The notes under the pieces: model-generated
Seen by the model: only the letters and a program-made list of their open reading frames with translations
The model's database searches: none
What the model was told of the DNA's origin: nothing
Assembly (NCBI GenBank): GCA_965205335.1
Contig: OZ242164.1
Location: forward strand, 640,001-704,000
DNA length: 64,000 nucleotides
Direction of reading: 5' to 3'
Source: Candidatus Woesearchaeota archaeon
Lineage (GTDB): Archaea; Nanobdellota; Nanobdellia; Woesearchaeales; UBA583
In this document: positions 49,368-59,284 of the stretch, one piece after another
How the letters are laid out: every line of letters starts with the position of its first letter
Numbering within the stretch: position 1 is the first letter of the stretch
Translations under genes and position numbers: made by a program

Positions 49368-50078
49368 ATGTTAGGATTAAATCTTCTCAAAAAAAAGAAA
49401 GATATTAATTCTTTATTGGATTTTACTAAAATAGGTTCTGATAATAAATTTATATTTGAGGAGCATATCGATTATCCCATATCATTCATATCTTCGGAAA
49501 GTTTAGACCCAAATACAAAGTCAAATGAGACTCTATTTAGTTTATACAAATCAGTTAGTTATTTAGGTGATGAAAATTTATTTAAAGAGCATGATTTGAG
49601 TCTGGATTACCTTGTCTTAAAACCTAAACTTTTAGGAAGAGAATTTTCAAAAACATCATCCATCTCTCTTAAAAAAAGTGCCTTAATTCAGATTGTTAGT
49701 GGAGAAGGCTATGTCCTGCTTGAAAAAGTAGAAGATAAAAGAATCTTAAACATTGTAAAAGTTAAATCCAATTCTTATGTTTATGTCCCAAAAGGATTTT
49801 CATTTGCATTTATTAACTCTTCAGAAGATAACGATCTCTGTGTTCTGATATTAAGAGATTTGAATTCCAATTACAGTTTCAATTCATTTGAGAGAGAAGG
49901 AGGTTTTTGTTTGTTCTACATTAAATCTGGATTCATAAAAAATATGAATGCACAGCCAGATTATAAGATAAATGATTTTGAAGGCAATTATGCTGAAAAT
50001 TTGAAATTCAATGAGAATATTAGTTTATATGATGAATTTAAAAGACTCCCTAAGGAGTTTCACTTTCTAAAAGATTAA
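49368..50078 (+). CDS. Cupin protein, degenerate glucose-6-phosphate isomerase-like
   Basis: LGREFSKT, QIVSGEG..LL, YVPKGF...IN match the cupin PGI layout; metal-binding His absent. Confidence 0.6.
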   Translation: MLGLNLLKKKKDINSLLDFTKIGSDNKFIFEEHIDYPISFISSESLDPNTKSNETLFSLYKSVSYLGDENLFKEHDLSLDYLVLKPKLLGREFSKTSSISLKKSALIQIVSGEGYVLLEKVEDKRILNIVKVKSNSYVYVPKGFSFAFINSSEDNDLCVLILRDLNSNYSFNSFEREGGFCLFYIKSGFIKNMNAQPDYKINDFEGNYAENLKFNENISLYDEFKRLPKEFHFLKD

Positions 50079-50758
50079 AAAATTAATTCATAAATCCTAA
50101 ATACAAAGAACAAATAATATATAGAAATTGCAAGCATTATCAAACCTGCAATTAAATTAATCTGTTTTTTGTATTCTACAAGTTTTGAGATTACCTGCCT
50201 ACTTGCTCCTAACGATAGTAGTGATAATATCAGAAGAGGGAGAGCAATTCCAATTCCAAATGTTAAAAAACTTAGAAGAGATGACAAAGGAGACTCAAAA
50301 AGTAGTGCTCTTGTGAAAAATGCCGCAATAAATCCTGGGTTGCAGGGCATAATTATTGCTCCAAAAAAGAATCCATAAAGCAGTGCATTTATCTTTGGAT
50401 TCTGAGATTTTTTTGTATTTATATGGGGAGTAAGTCTCGAAAAATCAACATTGAAAATTAATAGAATACTGATTATTACAAGTATGAAAAAGGCGATAGG
50501 AGAAATTATCTGTATAATATTTGTCAGAGATTTCTGAAATAATGTTGTAAATAACAATCCCAATATAAGCATAAATGAGATTACCCCTAACGAGACTAAA
50601 AGTCCTAATTTGAGAATCTGATTCTTATCATCTTTATTTGTAATTTGGTTTGCCAGATATGACAGAAACCCAGGGTAAAGAGGAAGAACACATACAGCAG
50701 TTAAAGGTGTTAAAATTCCAAGTACAAAAGATGTTGCTATATCATTTAATAACGCCAT
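50075..50758 (-). CDS. CcdA/DsbD-beta electron transfer membrane protein
   Basis: CVLPLYP and MPC motifs, 6 TMs. Confidence 0.88.
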   Translation of the reverse strand: MALLNDIATSFVLGILTPLTAVCVLPLYPGFLSYLANQITNKDDKNQILKLGLLVSLGVISFMLILGLLFTTLFQKSLTNIIQIISPIAFFILVIISILLIFNVDFSRLTPHINTKKSQNPKINALLYGFFFGAIIMPCNPGFIAAFFTRALLFESPLSSLLSFLTFGIGIALPLLILSLLSLGASRQVISKLVEYKKQINLIAGLIMLAISIYYLFFVFRIYELIF

Positions 50759-50785
50759 TTGGAAATATTTTATTTAATTGATTTT

Positions 50786-51898
50786 TTAATTGTTTGGTTC
50801 TACGCCATATAATTTAGTATTAGGATGAAAGGCATACCATGCAAACCAGAAATCACGCTCTTTTGGAACTCTTTCGTTTGTATCAAGTCTTAGTATATCT
50901 ACATCCCCTCCAATATTTTTTGTAATTTTAATTTCAATCCCTCCTACAATATCCTGAATTGGTGTTTGAGATTTTATGTCTTCTTCTCTATAAGCAGAAT
51001 ATTCACCATTAATTTCAATACCAAATATTACTGTTTTTGGATGAACTCTATCATCTCTATTATCCACAGGAAACATTAAAAAAGAATCTTCATAGTAATT
51101 CCCATAAGGGTCTCTGCCATAATCTCTTTTCATCCCTGTATCCTGACTTAATACTTGCGAGTTTGGATTTGCAATTTTCCAATCTTTCCATACAACAGTA
51201 TCTAAGTCAATCGGAATTAATTCCTGTCCTGTTAATTGTCCTATTATTGCCAATCCTCCTATTTGTTGCCAGTATGTATCAGTTTTTTCATCATACATAA
51301 TAAGATTTGAATTGTATAATTTGCCCGATGTTCCAAACCTTGTTTCAATTCGTTCTCCTTCAATTTCAATTGTTCTCTCGTACCCTATCCCACTCCCGCA
51401 AAGAGGACAGTATGTTATAAGAATTGGATAACCTGCGACTACATCATTCGCAATTTCATGCCAAACCATTATCTGATGAGGGTATACCTTTGTTTCATTT
51501 TTATATCTTAGCACAAGCACTAATTCATTATCTTCAATCCATTTATCAGCTTCCTCTACTGAAACAAATTCGATATTTTCTTTCGCCAAGGCTGGAATTC
51601 CCTTATCAATCCCAATACCTCCTTTAGGAGGACCTCCTCCTCTGATTAAATTAGGATTTACCAAATATTTTGTTCCATCAGGTGTAGTTTTGATTTCAGA
51701 TTCTATTCCATTATTTGCAATCTCTGATTTAATTTGAGAGTCATTAAGAGGGGATTTGGATTGAGGAGAGATTATATTTGAATACACAAATAAAACAAGC
51801 ATAATAATCACTAAGACAATTATTATGTGAATTACATAATTGTTCTTTTTTCTGTTTGCTTCAATGCTTAATCCTTTATGCCTTTTTCTTTTAGACAT
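50786..51898 (-). CDS. DUF3179 domain protein
   Basis: GGPPK..GIPAL, WHEIAND, TYCPLCGSG, GKLYNSNL, FWFAWYAFHP. Confidence 0.9.
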   Translation of the reverse strand: MSKRKRHKGLSIEANRKKNNYVIHIIIVLVIIMLVLFVYSNIISPQSKSPLNDSQIKSEIANNGIESEIKTTPDGTKYLVNPNLIRGGGPPKGGIGIDKGIPALAKENIEFVSVEEADKWIEDNELVLVLRYKNETKVYPHQIMVWHEIANDVVAGYPILITYCPLCGSGIGYERTIEIEGERIETRFGTSGKLYNSNLIMYDEKTDTYWQQIGGLAIIGQLTGQELIPIDLDTVVWKDWKIANPNSQVLSQDTGMKRDYGRDPYGNYYEDSFLMFPVDNRDDRVHPKTVIFGIEINGEYSAYREEDIKSQTPIQDIVGGIEIKITKNIGGDVDILRLDTNERVPKERDFWFAWYAFHPNTKLYGVEPNN

Positions 51899-52544
51899 TT
51901 TGACTGCACTTTTCGTTTATTGATGCTTTCAATTTTTCAACTGATTTAAAGCCTCTGTCAAGAAAGTAAGAGTTTCCGTCTTCACAGATTAAAATCATTG
52001 GAACAATTGGAGCAGATACAACTTCAAGCCCAAATTCATTGGTTAATTCTTTTGTTAAATCAGGAGGAGAGATTGAATAAATCCAATCAAATCCATTTGA
52101 TTGAATATGTTTTAAAATTGTATTTTTATCTTCATTTGAATCTATATCAAGTCCTATTGAAATTACTGTGTCTCCAATTTCCTCATGAAGTTTTTTGATT
52201 TCTCTTTGTTGCTGTGTACATTTAGGACACCATACTGCAAATGATTCAAGAAGAATTGGTTTATCATTTAGTTCTCCTATTGTATAAACTTCACCAGTAT
52301 TTACATCTTCTAATTGTATATTATGCCAATCAGGAGTTTTAAGTGTTTGAGTTTCTTCCTCAACAGTATCCTCAACTTCTGGAACTTCAACTTCTTCAGA
52401 GTTATCTGTTTGAGTATCATCCTGAACCTGCAAACTTGGAGCATTTTGAGGGGCTTCAACTTGACTACTGCATCCATATAAAAATATGGAGATTAATATA
52501 AAAATTGTTATAATTACATTTTTCATACAATTTATTGTATTCAT
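51891..52544 (-). CDS. TlpA-like thioredoxin lipoprotein
   Basis: Lipobox LYGC; FAVWCPKC. Confidence 0.88.
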   Translation of the reverse strand: MNTINCMKNVIITIFILISIFLYGCSSQVEAPQNAPSLQVQDDTQTDNSEEVEVPEVEDTVEEETQTLKTPDWHNIQLEDVNTGEVYTIGELNDKPILLESFAVWCPKCTQQQREIKKLHEEIGDTVISIGLDIDSNEDKNTILKHIQSNGFDWIYSISPPDLTKELTNEFGLEVVSAPIVPMILICEDGNSYFLDRGFKSVEKLKASINEKCSQNV

Positions 52545-52681
52545 TTATTTTTAAATCTCATCTTTAATATATGTTTTTAATTTAGTTGAATAAACAAATA
52601 GAAAAATTGATATTTTTGTATCCTTTTCACTAAAAACTCACAGAAATTTTATATAATCTATATACCTCACATAATCTAAGA

Positions 52682-52996
52682 ATGGAAAAAATTCAAGTAA
52701 TAAAAACAGAAAATTACAGGAAATGTTATGAGAAATTAGATAAATCTATACAGAAACAAGTAGATAGACAAGAAAAAATCTTGATTAGTAGTGGTGGAAG
52801 AGGGAAACCACTTTACAAAAATATATTATTTGAAAGAAAATCAGAAAATTATAGAATATATTACTTAAAGAAAGATAATGATAAAATTATTTTAGTTTTT
52901 ATTTCAATTCATAAAAAAACAAACAAGAAAAGACAACAGGAAGACATTAATAAAATAATAAAATTGATGTTAGAAACTAATAATTTTCAACTGTAA
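52682..52996 (+). CDS. RelE/ParE-like toxin
   Basis: KLDKSIQKQ, GKPL, YRIYY, HKK...QQ. Confidence 0.75.
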   Translation: MEKIQVIKTENYRKCYEKLDKSIQKQVDRQEKILISSGGRGKPLYKNILFERKSENYRIYYLKKDNDKIILVFISIHKKTNKKRQQEDINKIIKLMLETNNFQL

Positions 52997-53200
52997 ATCT
53001 TCCTTCTTCAAAGTCATCTAATCCTTTTTTAATACCTTTTAAAACTTCTAATGTTTCTTTATCTGTCACTATGATGTCTTTTTCTGTTTCTATAACAACT
53101 CTATTTTTAGTTTTTTCCACTTTCTAAATTTAGGAAACCCAAATTAATTGTCCCATGTTTAAAAAACAGTCACCCTTTCACTTGGACTTATTTCCTTAAT
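52977..53200 (-). pseudogene. Antitoxin remnant (AbrB-like); intact 47-aa C-terminal frame 53120-52977
   Basis: Reads ...ETLEVLKGIKKGLDDFEEGRFTVENY*; frameshifted N-terminal pieces upstream. Confidence 0.55.
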
Positions 53201-53310
53201 ATATTTTAATTAGTTTATAATTTATAAAATTATCTAATCTCCAAAAATGAAAGCATGTTTTGAAATAAATTAATAAACCAACAATAATTGTAAATCTTCC
53301 TTCTTTAAAG

Positions 53311-54357
53311 TTATTCAATCTTCTCAACAACTTCATACTCAATTCTCTCAAGAACACAAAAATCCGTCTGATAAGTATATGCTCCGCAATTTAAAAACGT
53401 AAGTACATCACCAACCTTGGGATTTTTCAAATAAACCCGATACCTTAAAATATCAGCAGAATCAGGAGTACAGCCCTTTATAACAAAAGGACTTCCCGAA
53501 CTCTTATCAATTTCCTCCTCCACAATCAACTTAACATTTGCAACTATCGTATCAAGCATCCCATTAAACACAGAAACATTAACAAAACAGGTATTATCAT
53601 AAACTGTAATAACCCTGCACTTCAACCTCACAGAAGGAGCGGCAATAAATCTCCCTGGTTCTATCACCAATTTTATCCCAAAATTATCAGTATAATCCCT
53701 TAACTCTTTAATCTTTGAAAAAATAGAATCCAATTCATTATCATGGGAATTCACATACTTTGCAGGAAGACCACCTCCTAAATTAATAACATCAATCTTT
53801 GAAAGATAATCATCGCCTAAACTCTGTTCAACTTCTTCTCTAAGATTCCACTCAGACACATTCTGAGTTTTTCTGTGAAAATGAACTCCAAGACTGACAA
53901 TCATATCATTCCCACTTAACGTATCTATCCACTTTTTAATCTCCTCTGTTCTCATCCCAAACACATAATGCCTGCCCGTAAAAATAGAATTCTCTCTTAA
54001 CTTCATCCTCAAAAGCAAATTTATCTTAATATTCTTCTCAGTCACAAAATCAATCAACTCATCCAAAACAATTGGATTATCAACCACAAAATTTCTAATA
54101 CCACAATTAATCAAAACCTCTTCCAACTCATTATCATGCATCTGCGTGGGAAAATACCAAACCTTACTCTTATCCTTTACCTGTTGCAATTCATTAACCC
54201 CACAAACACTAATATAACAAGTCTCGCTCTCATTTAAAATCTCACCAATCTTTGGATTAGTTTTCCACGAATAAGAAACCTCATCAAAAATTTCTTTTAA
54301 AATTTCAACCTGACTAAATACTTTTGATTTCTCAATTATAAATTTAGGTTTATCCAT
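53311..54357 (-). CDS. PLP-dependent group IV (ornithine/arginine/DAP-type) decarboxylase
   Basis: YSWKTNP, NLGGG, IEPGRF, GCTPDSAD, GAY. Confidence 0.92.
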   Translation of the reverse strand: MDKPKFIIEKSKVFSQVEILKEIFDEVSYSWKTNPKIGEILNESETCYISVCGVNELQQVKDKSKVWYFPTQMHDNELEEVLINCGIRNFVVDNPIVLDELIDFVTEKNIKINLLLRMKLRENSIFTGRHYVFGMRTEEIKKWIDTLSGNDMIVSLGVHFHRKTQNVSEWNLREEVEQSLGDDYLSKIDVINLGGGLPAKYVNSHDNELDSIFSKIKELRDYTDNFGIKLVIEPGRFIAAPSVRLKCRVITVYDNTCFVNVSVFNGMLDTIVANVKLIVEEEIDKSSGSPFVIKGCTPDSADILRYRVYLKNPKVGDVLTFLNCGAYTYQTDFCVLERIEYEVVEKIE

Positions 54358-54358
54358 C

Positions 54359-55297
54359 TTAAATTAGTTTTTCATCACTCAGAATTTCCATTGCAAGACT
54401 CATCGCAAGTGGAAAAACAATTGAAACCTCTCCATTAACAGTAACCGCATCACTCTCATCTTTAATCTTCCCCCACGATTTCGCTTCAGAAGTTGTAGCC
54501 CCAGACAAAGACCCTGAAGATGATTTAGCAGTAGTCATATACACCGCATACTCTGCTCCCCCATTTAAAAGAGTTGATAAAATCGCATGATGTTTTGAAA
54601 TTGAACCTCCAAGACAAATCACTCCTTTCTTATCATTATGGTCTGTTGATAAAACAATATTCTTAAAATCCTTCACAACATCAACTATAAAATCAGGATT
54701 CTCTTCCTGAAACAAATAAAGATGAAACCCGAACGCTCCGTCCGTTATTGCAGGACAGAAAATCGGAATATTTTTCTTAGCCGCCTGATACAAAATGGAA
54801 TTCTCATCATTTAAAATCAAACCAATCTCCCTGAAAATCTCAGAAGGAGTCCACCTCTTCTTTATCCCATATAACTTCTTTAAAATTGGTTTAAGTTTAT
54901 CCTCCAATTTCAGATATGACTGATTATCAATTAAAATATTTCCTACACGATTTAAACCTCTCTCATAATTCTCATAATCATCCGAATTAAAATTTCCAAG
55001 TAAAAACTTCTCACCACCTGCTTTCATAATATCTTCCTCAATACCTCCAATTGTTGTAACACATATTTGAGCAAGTCCCTTCTCTATCACCTGTGCAAAA
55101 AACCCTCTAAGTCCAGAAGTTACCATATTTGAAGTAAAAGTCAAAAATACTTTCACACCCTCTCTTTTCATCTTGGCTATCACATAAGCTGCCTTCTTCT
55201 GTTCCGTTGACTGATAACCAATACTGCCCAGACTGTCAGCAAAATCTTTAACACTCATTCCCTTTTCCCATTTAAAATCTTTAACATACTCAACCAT
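54359..55297 (-). CDS. dys: Deoxyhypusine synthase
   Basis: TSNMVTSGLR, NRVGN, GSLSGA, EAKSWGK. Confidence 0.95.
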   Translation of the reverse strand: MVEYVKDFKWEKGMSVKDFADSLGSIGYQSTEQKKAAYVIAKMKREGVKVFLTFTSNMVTSGLRGFFAQVIEKGLAQICVTTIGGIEEDIMKAGGEKFLLGNFNSDDYENYERGLNRVGNILIDNQSYLKLEDKLKPILKKLYGIKKRWTPSEIFREIGLILNDENSILYQAAKKNIPIFCPAITDGAFGFHLYLFQEENPDFIVDVVKDFKNIVLSTDHNDKKGVICLGGSISKHHAILSTLLNGGAEYAVYMTTAKSSSGSLSGATTSEAKSWGKIKDESDAVTVNGEVSIVFPLAMSLAMEILSDEKLI

Positions 55298-55413
55298 TTT
55301 TATTTAGAATTATTAAAAAATAATAAGAACTAAGTTTAGACATTCCATCTAAAATTAAAAGCCGAATAACCTTTGTTTAGAGAACTTAGTTTATACATAA
55401 CAAAAGAAAACAA

Positions 55414-56154
55414 TCACTTCTTTAAAAAAGTTTCAATTAATTTTAAAACATTTCTTTGGGTAATCTCATCCTTATCCTTTTCAATATAAAACTCACCAAT
55501 ATCAGCAGATTTAACCTTTGGAAGAATTATTTTAACAAACTCTATAAGTTCATTAATTCTCAGTCCGCACCATTCACTATAATAAGTTGCGGGAGCATCA
55601 TCAGGATCAAGCACATCAACATCAATGCTTAAATAAATCTCTTCTCGTATTCCTCTTAGAATTTCTTTTATTTTCTCTGCATCTCTTAAAATATCACTAA
55701 TTGTATAAAAATTAACTCTCTTCTCAGTTAAATATTCAAACTCAGTTCGGGAAAAAGTTCTAATCCCAAACAAGTAAATGTTTTGGGGACTTGTAAATCC
55801 ATTATCAATTAAATTTCTTAAATAATCCTCATGAGAGACAACATCTGTTGATACTTCACAATCGGGATGTGCATCAAAAACAACAAGTTTGCAGCTTTTA
55901 TTCTCTTTGGAAAAAGCCTTAATCAAAGGATATGAATTAGAATGATCTCCTATTACTGAAAGAACAAACTCATTTCTGTACTTGTCAAAAGCACTCTCAA
56001 TTAAAGAATTTGTTTTAACCATATCATTTTTAAAAACAGAAACAAGTTCTTTATTCTCATATTCAGTTAATTCATACAAACGGGAAACAGACTTATCATC
56101 ATGCTCTTGTATATACAAATGCCCATTCCAGTTTGAAATAAATAATAATTGCAT
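55414..56154 (-). CDS. Arginase/agmatinase family ureohydrolase
   Basis: GDHS, FDAHPD, GIR, SIDVDVLDP. Confidence 0.9.
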   Translation of the reverse strand: MQLLFISNWNGHLYIQEHDDKSVSRLYELTEYENKELVSVFKNDMVKTNSLIESAFDKYRNEFVLSVIGDHSNSYPLIKAFSKENKSCKLVVFDAHPDCEVSTDVVSHEDYLRNLIDNGFTSPQNIYLFGIRTFSRTEFEYLTEKRVNFYTISDILRDAEKIKEILRGIREEIYLSIDVDVLDPDDAPATYYSEWCGLRINELIEFVKIILPKVKSADIGEFYIEKDKDEITQRNVLKLIETFLKK

Positions 56155-56233
56155 TGTATATGAAAGTAAATTGCCATTTAAAAATATAATTAAATTCCTT
56201 AAACATATAATCAGATGGAATATTACAAAAATC

Positions 56234-57847
56234 TTATTTCATCTCCTCTTTAAATTTCATATCTCTTTTTTTGCGGTTATAACTAATAACAAAATTATGG
56301 GCACTGTCACGAACTCTTCTTAAAAATAACATCATCTGTGAATTATCATCAAAAATTAAAGGTTTGTTTAATTGAGGTTTGTAAATTTCATTTTTATCTC
56401 TCATCTTCCCCTTGCTTATTGAAATAATATCTATCTTATCTGTTAAACCTAATTTATGAAGAGATTTCAAAGCAGAATTAAGTTGTCCCAAACCCCCATC
56501 AATAATAATCAAATCAGGAAGTTTTGATTCCTCATCAATTAATCTCTTGTATCTTCTGTAAATAACTTCTCTCATTGCTCTCACATCATCATTTTTTCTC
56601 CTAAAAGACTTAATCTCGAATTTCCGATACCCTTCCTTATCCTCAACCTGATTAACAAACCTGACCATCCCCCCAACTAAAAAATCATACGAAAGATTTG
56701 ACATATCAAAACACTCAATTATATTGGGAACTCTTTTTAAGTTGAGTTCTTTTTTTAAAACATTTAAAACATTCTTTTTGCCAAGAGTCTCTTTTGCATT
56801 AGAATCAGCAAGTTTGGACAGTTTCAATTTCTCTCCTCTTTGGGGCTTAGTTAAAATACACTTACTGCCTTTAATCTTTGATAAATAATTTTCCAAAATT
56901 TCCTTCTCTTCCTCATTTTCCCAGAAATCAATATTTACAATAATTTCATAAGGAGCATAATTTGAAGAATAATACATTTTAATAAACGACTCAAACAAAT
57001 CATCATCATACTCAAATTTAAAATCCTTCTTCCCTGAAATAACTCCTTGATTAATATTAAATAAAGTAATCACACAATCATTTGAGTTCTCATCACAAAC
57101 TAAGGAGATAACATCCTGATTGTATTTCTTAACAAGTTCAATACTCTGCTTTTCATTAAGAGACAAAATTGCCTCAATCTGATTTTTTATCAAAAGGGCT
57201 TTTTCAAATTCAGAATTATCTGATGCAATTCTCATTTGGGTTTTAAGACGATTTAAAACAGACTTTGTGTTTTTCCCCTTCAAAAACAATTTAGCCTCCC
57301 AAACAGATTTAAGATAATCATCTCTGTTAATTTTATCAATGCTTGGGGCAGGGGCAAGTCCGATTTCATAATTCAGTTTGGATTTAGTTGAATAAGTTTT
57401 ATTAGTTACAAGTTTAAAAATCCGAACAGTTAAATCAAATAGTTCTCTTCTGATTGAGCCATCCGTAAAAGGTCCAAAGTATTCTCCGTCATCTGTGATT
57501 TTTCTTGCAAACATAACCTTTGGAATTTTCTCATCTGTGATTTTTATGTGTGCGTAAGTCTTGGAATCCTTCAAGAAAATATTATACTTAGGTTTGTGCT
57601 TTTTTATAAGTTTATTTTCCAAGATAAGAGCCTCAACTTCTGAATTAACAATTATGTATTCAACATCAGAAATATTTTTAACAAGAAATTTTGTCTTGGG
57701 GGAACTATCATGCCTTGATGTAAAATATGAACCAATTCTGTTTTTAAGATTCTTTGCCTTTCCTATGTAAATAGTATTATTTCTTGAATCTTTGAAAATA
57801 TAAACCCCACATTTACTTGGAAAAGAACTTCTTGAAAACTTATACAT
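56234..57847 (-). CDS. uvrC: Excinuclease ABC subunit C
   Basis: GVY..IYIGKA, PKYNI, IECFDMSN, IDGGLGQL, RDSAHNF. Confidence 0.96.
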   Translation of the reverse strand: MYKFSRSSFPSKCGVYIFKDSRNNTIYIGKAKNLKNRIGSYFTSRHDSSPKTKFLVKNISDVEYIIVNSEVEALILENKLIKKHKPKYNIFLKDSKTYAHIKITDEKIPKVMFARKITDDGEYFGPFTDGSIRRELFDLTVRIFKLVTNKTYSTKSKLNYEIGLAPAPSIDKINRDDYLKSVWEAKLFLKGKNTKSVLNRLKTQMRIASDNSEFEKALLIKNQIEAILSLNEKQSIELVKKYNQDVISLVCDENSNDCVITLFNINQGVISGKKDFKFEYDDDLFESFIKMYYSSNYAPYEIIVNIDFWENEEEKEILENYLSKIKGSKCILTKPQRGEKLKLSKLADSNAKETLGKKNVLNVLKKELNLKRVPNIIECFDMSNLSYDFLVGGMVRFVNQVEDKEGYRKFEIKSFRRKNDDVRAMREVIYRRYKRLIDEESKLPDLIIIDGGLGQLNSALKSLHKLGLTDKIDIISISKGKMRDKNEIYKPQLNKPLIFDDNSQMMLFLRRVRDSAHNFVISYNRKKRDMKFKEEMK

Positions 57848-58010
57848 ACAAATAACTAAAATTCCAATATTAAAAAGTTTTTGCGAAATGAATTATTAAA
57901 CTCTGTGGTTTATATTCATAGTTGAAAAGAAGAAAATTAATTAAAAGAGAAGATATTTTTAATTATAAATGAAGAAAGATAAAAGTAAAAAACACAAATA
58001 ACAAACTCTC

Positions 58011-59171
58011 TTAATCAAACCTTTTTGACCACATCTCCTTTGCAAGTTTTCCTGTCCGCATATATTTATCAAGCAGATTCTTTCTCTTTGCCTCTTTCTT
58101 CCTTTTATTATGCTCCTTTAAAGAAGAATTTACTTTACCAATTAAAATCTCCTTCATTTCTCCTGATAACAACTCCCCTTTCTCATAACTCTTTTTAATC
58201 CTCTTAATCTCATCATCATCTTCCTCAAACAAACTATACAGCCACTGATACGAAACATCAACACTGCAATCCCCTCCTTTCTTTCTGTGCTCCTCAACAG
58301 TCTCCCTGCCACCTGAAAACGCATACTTGTTAACCTTCCTCTTAACAATCTCTGGCTCATCAGTTAAAAGAATTGCCTTATCTGGCTCACTTGCAGACAT
58401 TTTCCCATCAGGACCTGTAAGTGCTGTTAAAAACCTTGACAAAACAGTGCAGTTCTTCTTATACCCTAACTTCTGGGCAAAATCTCTCTGAAGCATAAAA
58501 TAAGGATTCTGATCAATCCCGCAGGGAATTAAACAATACCCCCTCTCAAAAAAAGTCGGAACAATCTGCAAAGCAACATAACCAATCATCCCCACATTTG
58601 AATCATTTGTAAACCCAAAAGTATTCCTGACCTGAGAAAAAGTCAATTTCTTTGCAACTCTCATATACAAAGGATACATCTGAGAAATAAACAGGGTATT
58701 TCTAAAAATAAAAGTCTTGTTAGGATTAAACCCAAGTGCTGCTATATCATCCAAATCAGACTCAGTCATCTCATCTATTTCCTCTCTCTTCAAATCCTTC
58801 TTAAAAAGAAACTTCTCATCATCTGGAATCTGAATATACAAATTACAGTCAAACAAATCCTGAACATACTTCGTAAACCAAAAAGGAATCAAATGAGCAA
58901 TATGCATAGACCCTCCCGGTGCTCTTCCAGTATAAAGAAAAATCCTCTCGCCTTTTTTATGAGAACTAATAATCTTATCCAAATCTATTTGGGCGAAAAA
59001 CAAATTCCGTCTTAAAAAAATATGAAGTTTCATCCCCTTCTTTTTTGCAAGTTCCTCTAAATACTTCTTCTGAGAAGATGTAATCTCCGATACCCCAAAC
59101 TCACGAATTAACTTACCATAATCAACTTTCCCCAAAACACTCCATGGCGTTACTTTCGCATCCTTACCCAT
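58011..59171 (-). CDS. trpS: Tryptophanyl-tRNA synthetase (archaeal/eukaryotic type)
   Basis: VTPW, YTGR, HIAH, GIDQ.PYF, KMSAS, AFSGG. Confidence 0.96.
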   Translation of the reverse strand: MGKDAKVTPWSVLGKVDYGKLIREFGVSEITSSQKKYLEELAKKKGMKLHIFLRRNLFFAQIDLDKIISSHKKGERIFLYTGRAPGGSMHIAHLIPFWFTKYVQDLFDCNLYIQIPDDEKFLFKKDLKREEIDEMTESDLDDIAALGFNPNKTFIFRNTLFISQMYPLYMRVAKKLTFSQVRNTFGFTNDSNVGMIGYVALQIVPTFFERGYCLIPCGIDQNPYFMLQRDFAQKLGYKKNCTVLSRFLTALTGPDGKMSASEPDKAILLTDEPEIVKRKVNKYAFSGGRETVEEHRKKGGDCSVDVSYQWLYSLFEEDDDEIKRIKKSYEKGELLSGEMKEILIGKVNSSLKEHNKRKKEAKRKNLLDKYMRTGKLAKEMWSKRFD

Positions 59172-59284
59172 ACTAATATTGGGAAACAACTAATTTATAA
59201 ACATTTAGTTCCATCCTCCTTGCAGATTTGTAATTTCTAAACAGTACGGAAAAATTTATTAACTCCTATTAACATTAAATATTT

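Noticed and set aside
59232-59248. TIR-like TTCTAAACAGTACG upstream of purF (similar at 49251)
   Set aside because: Unpaired, no target duplication
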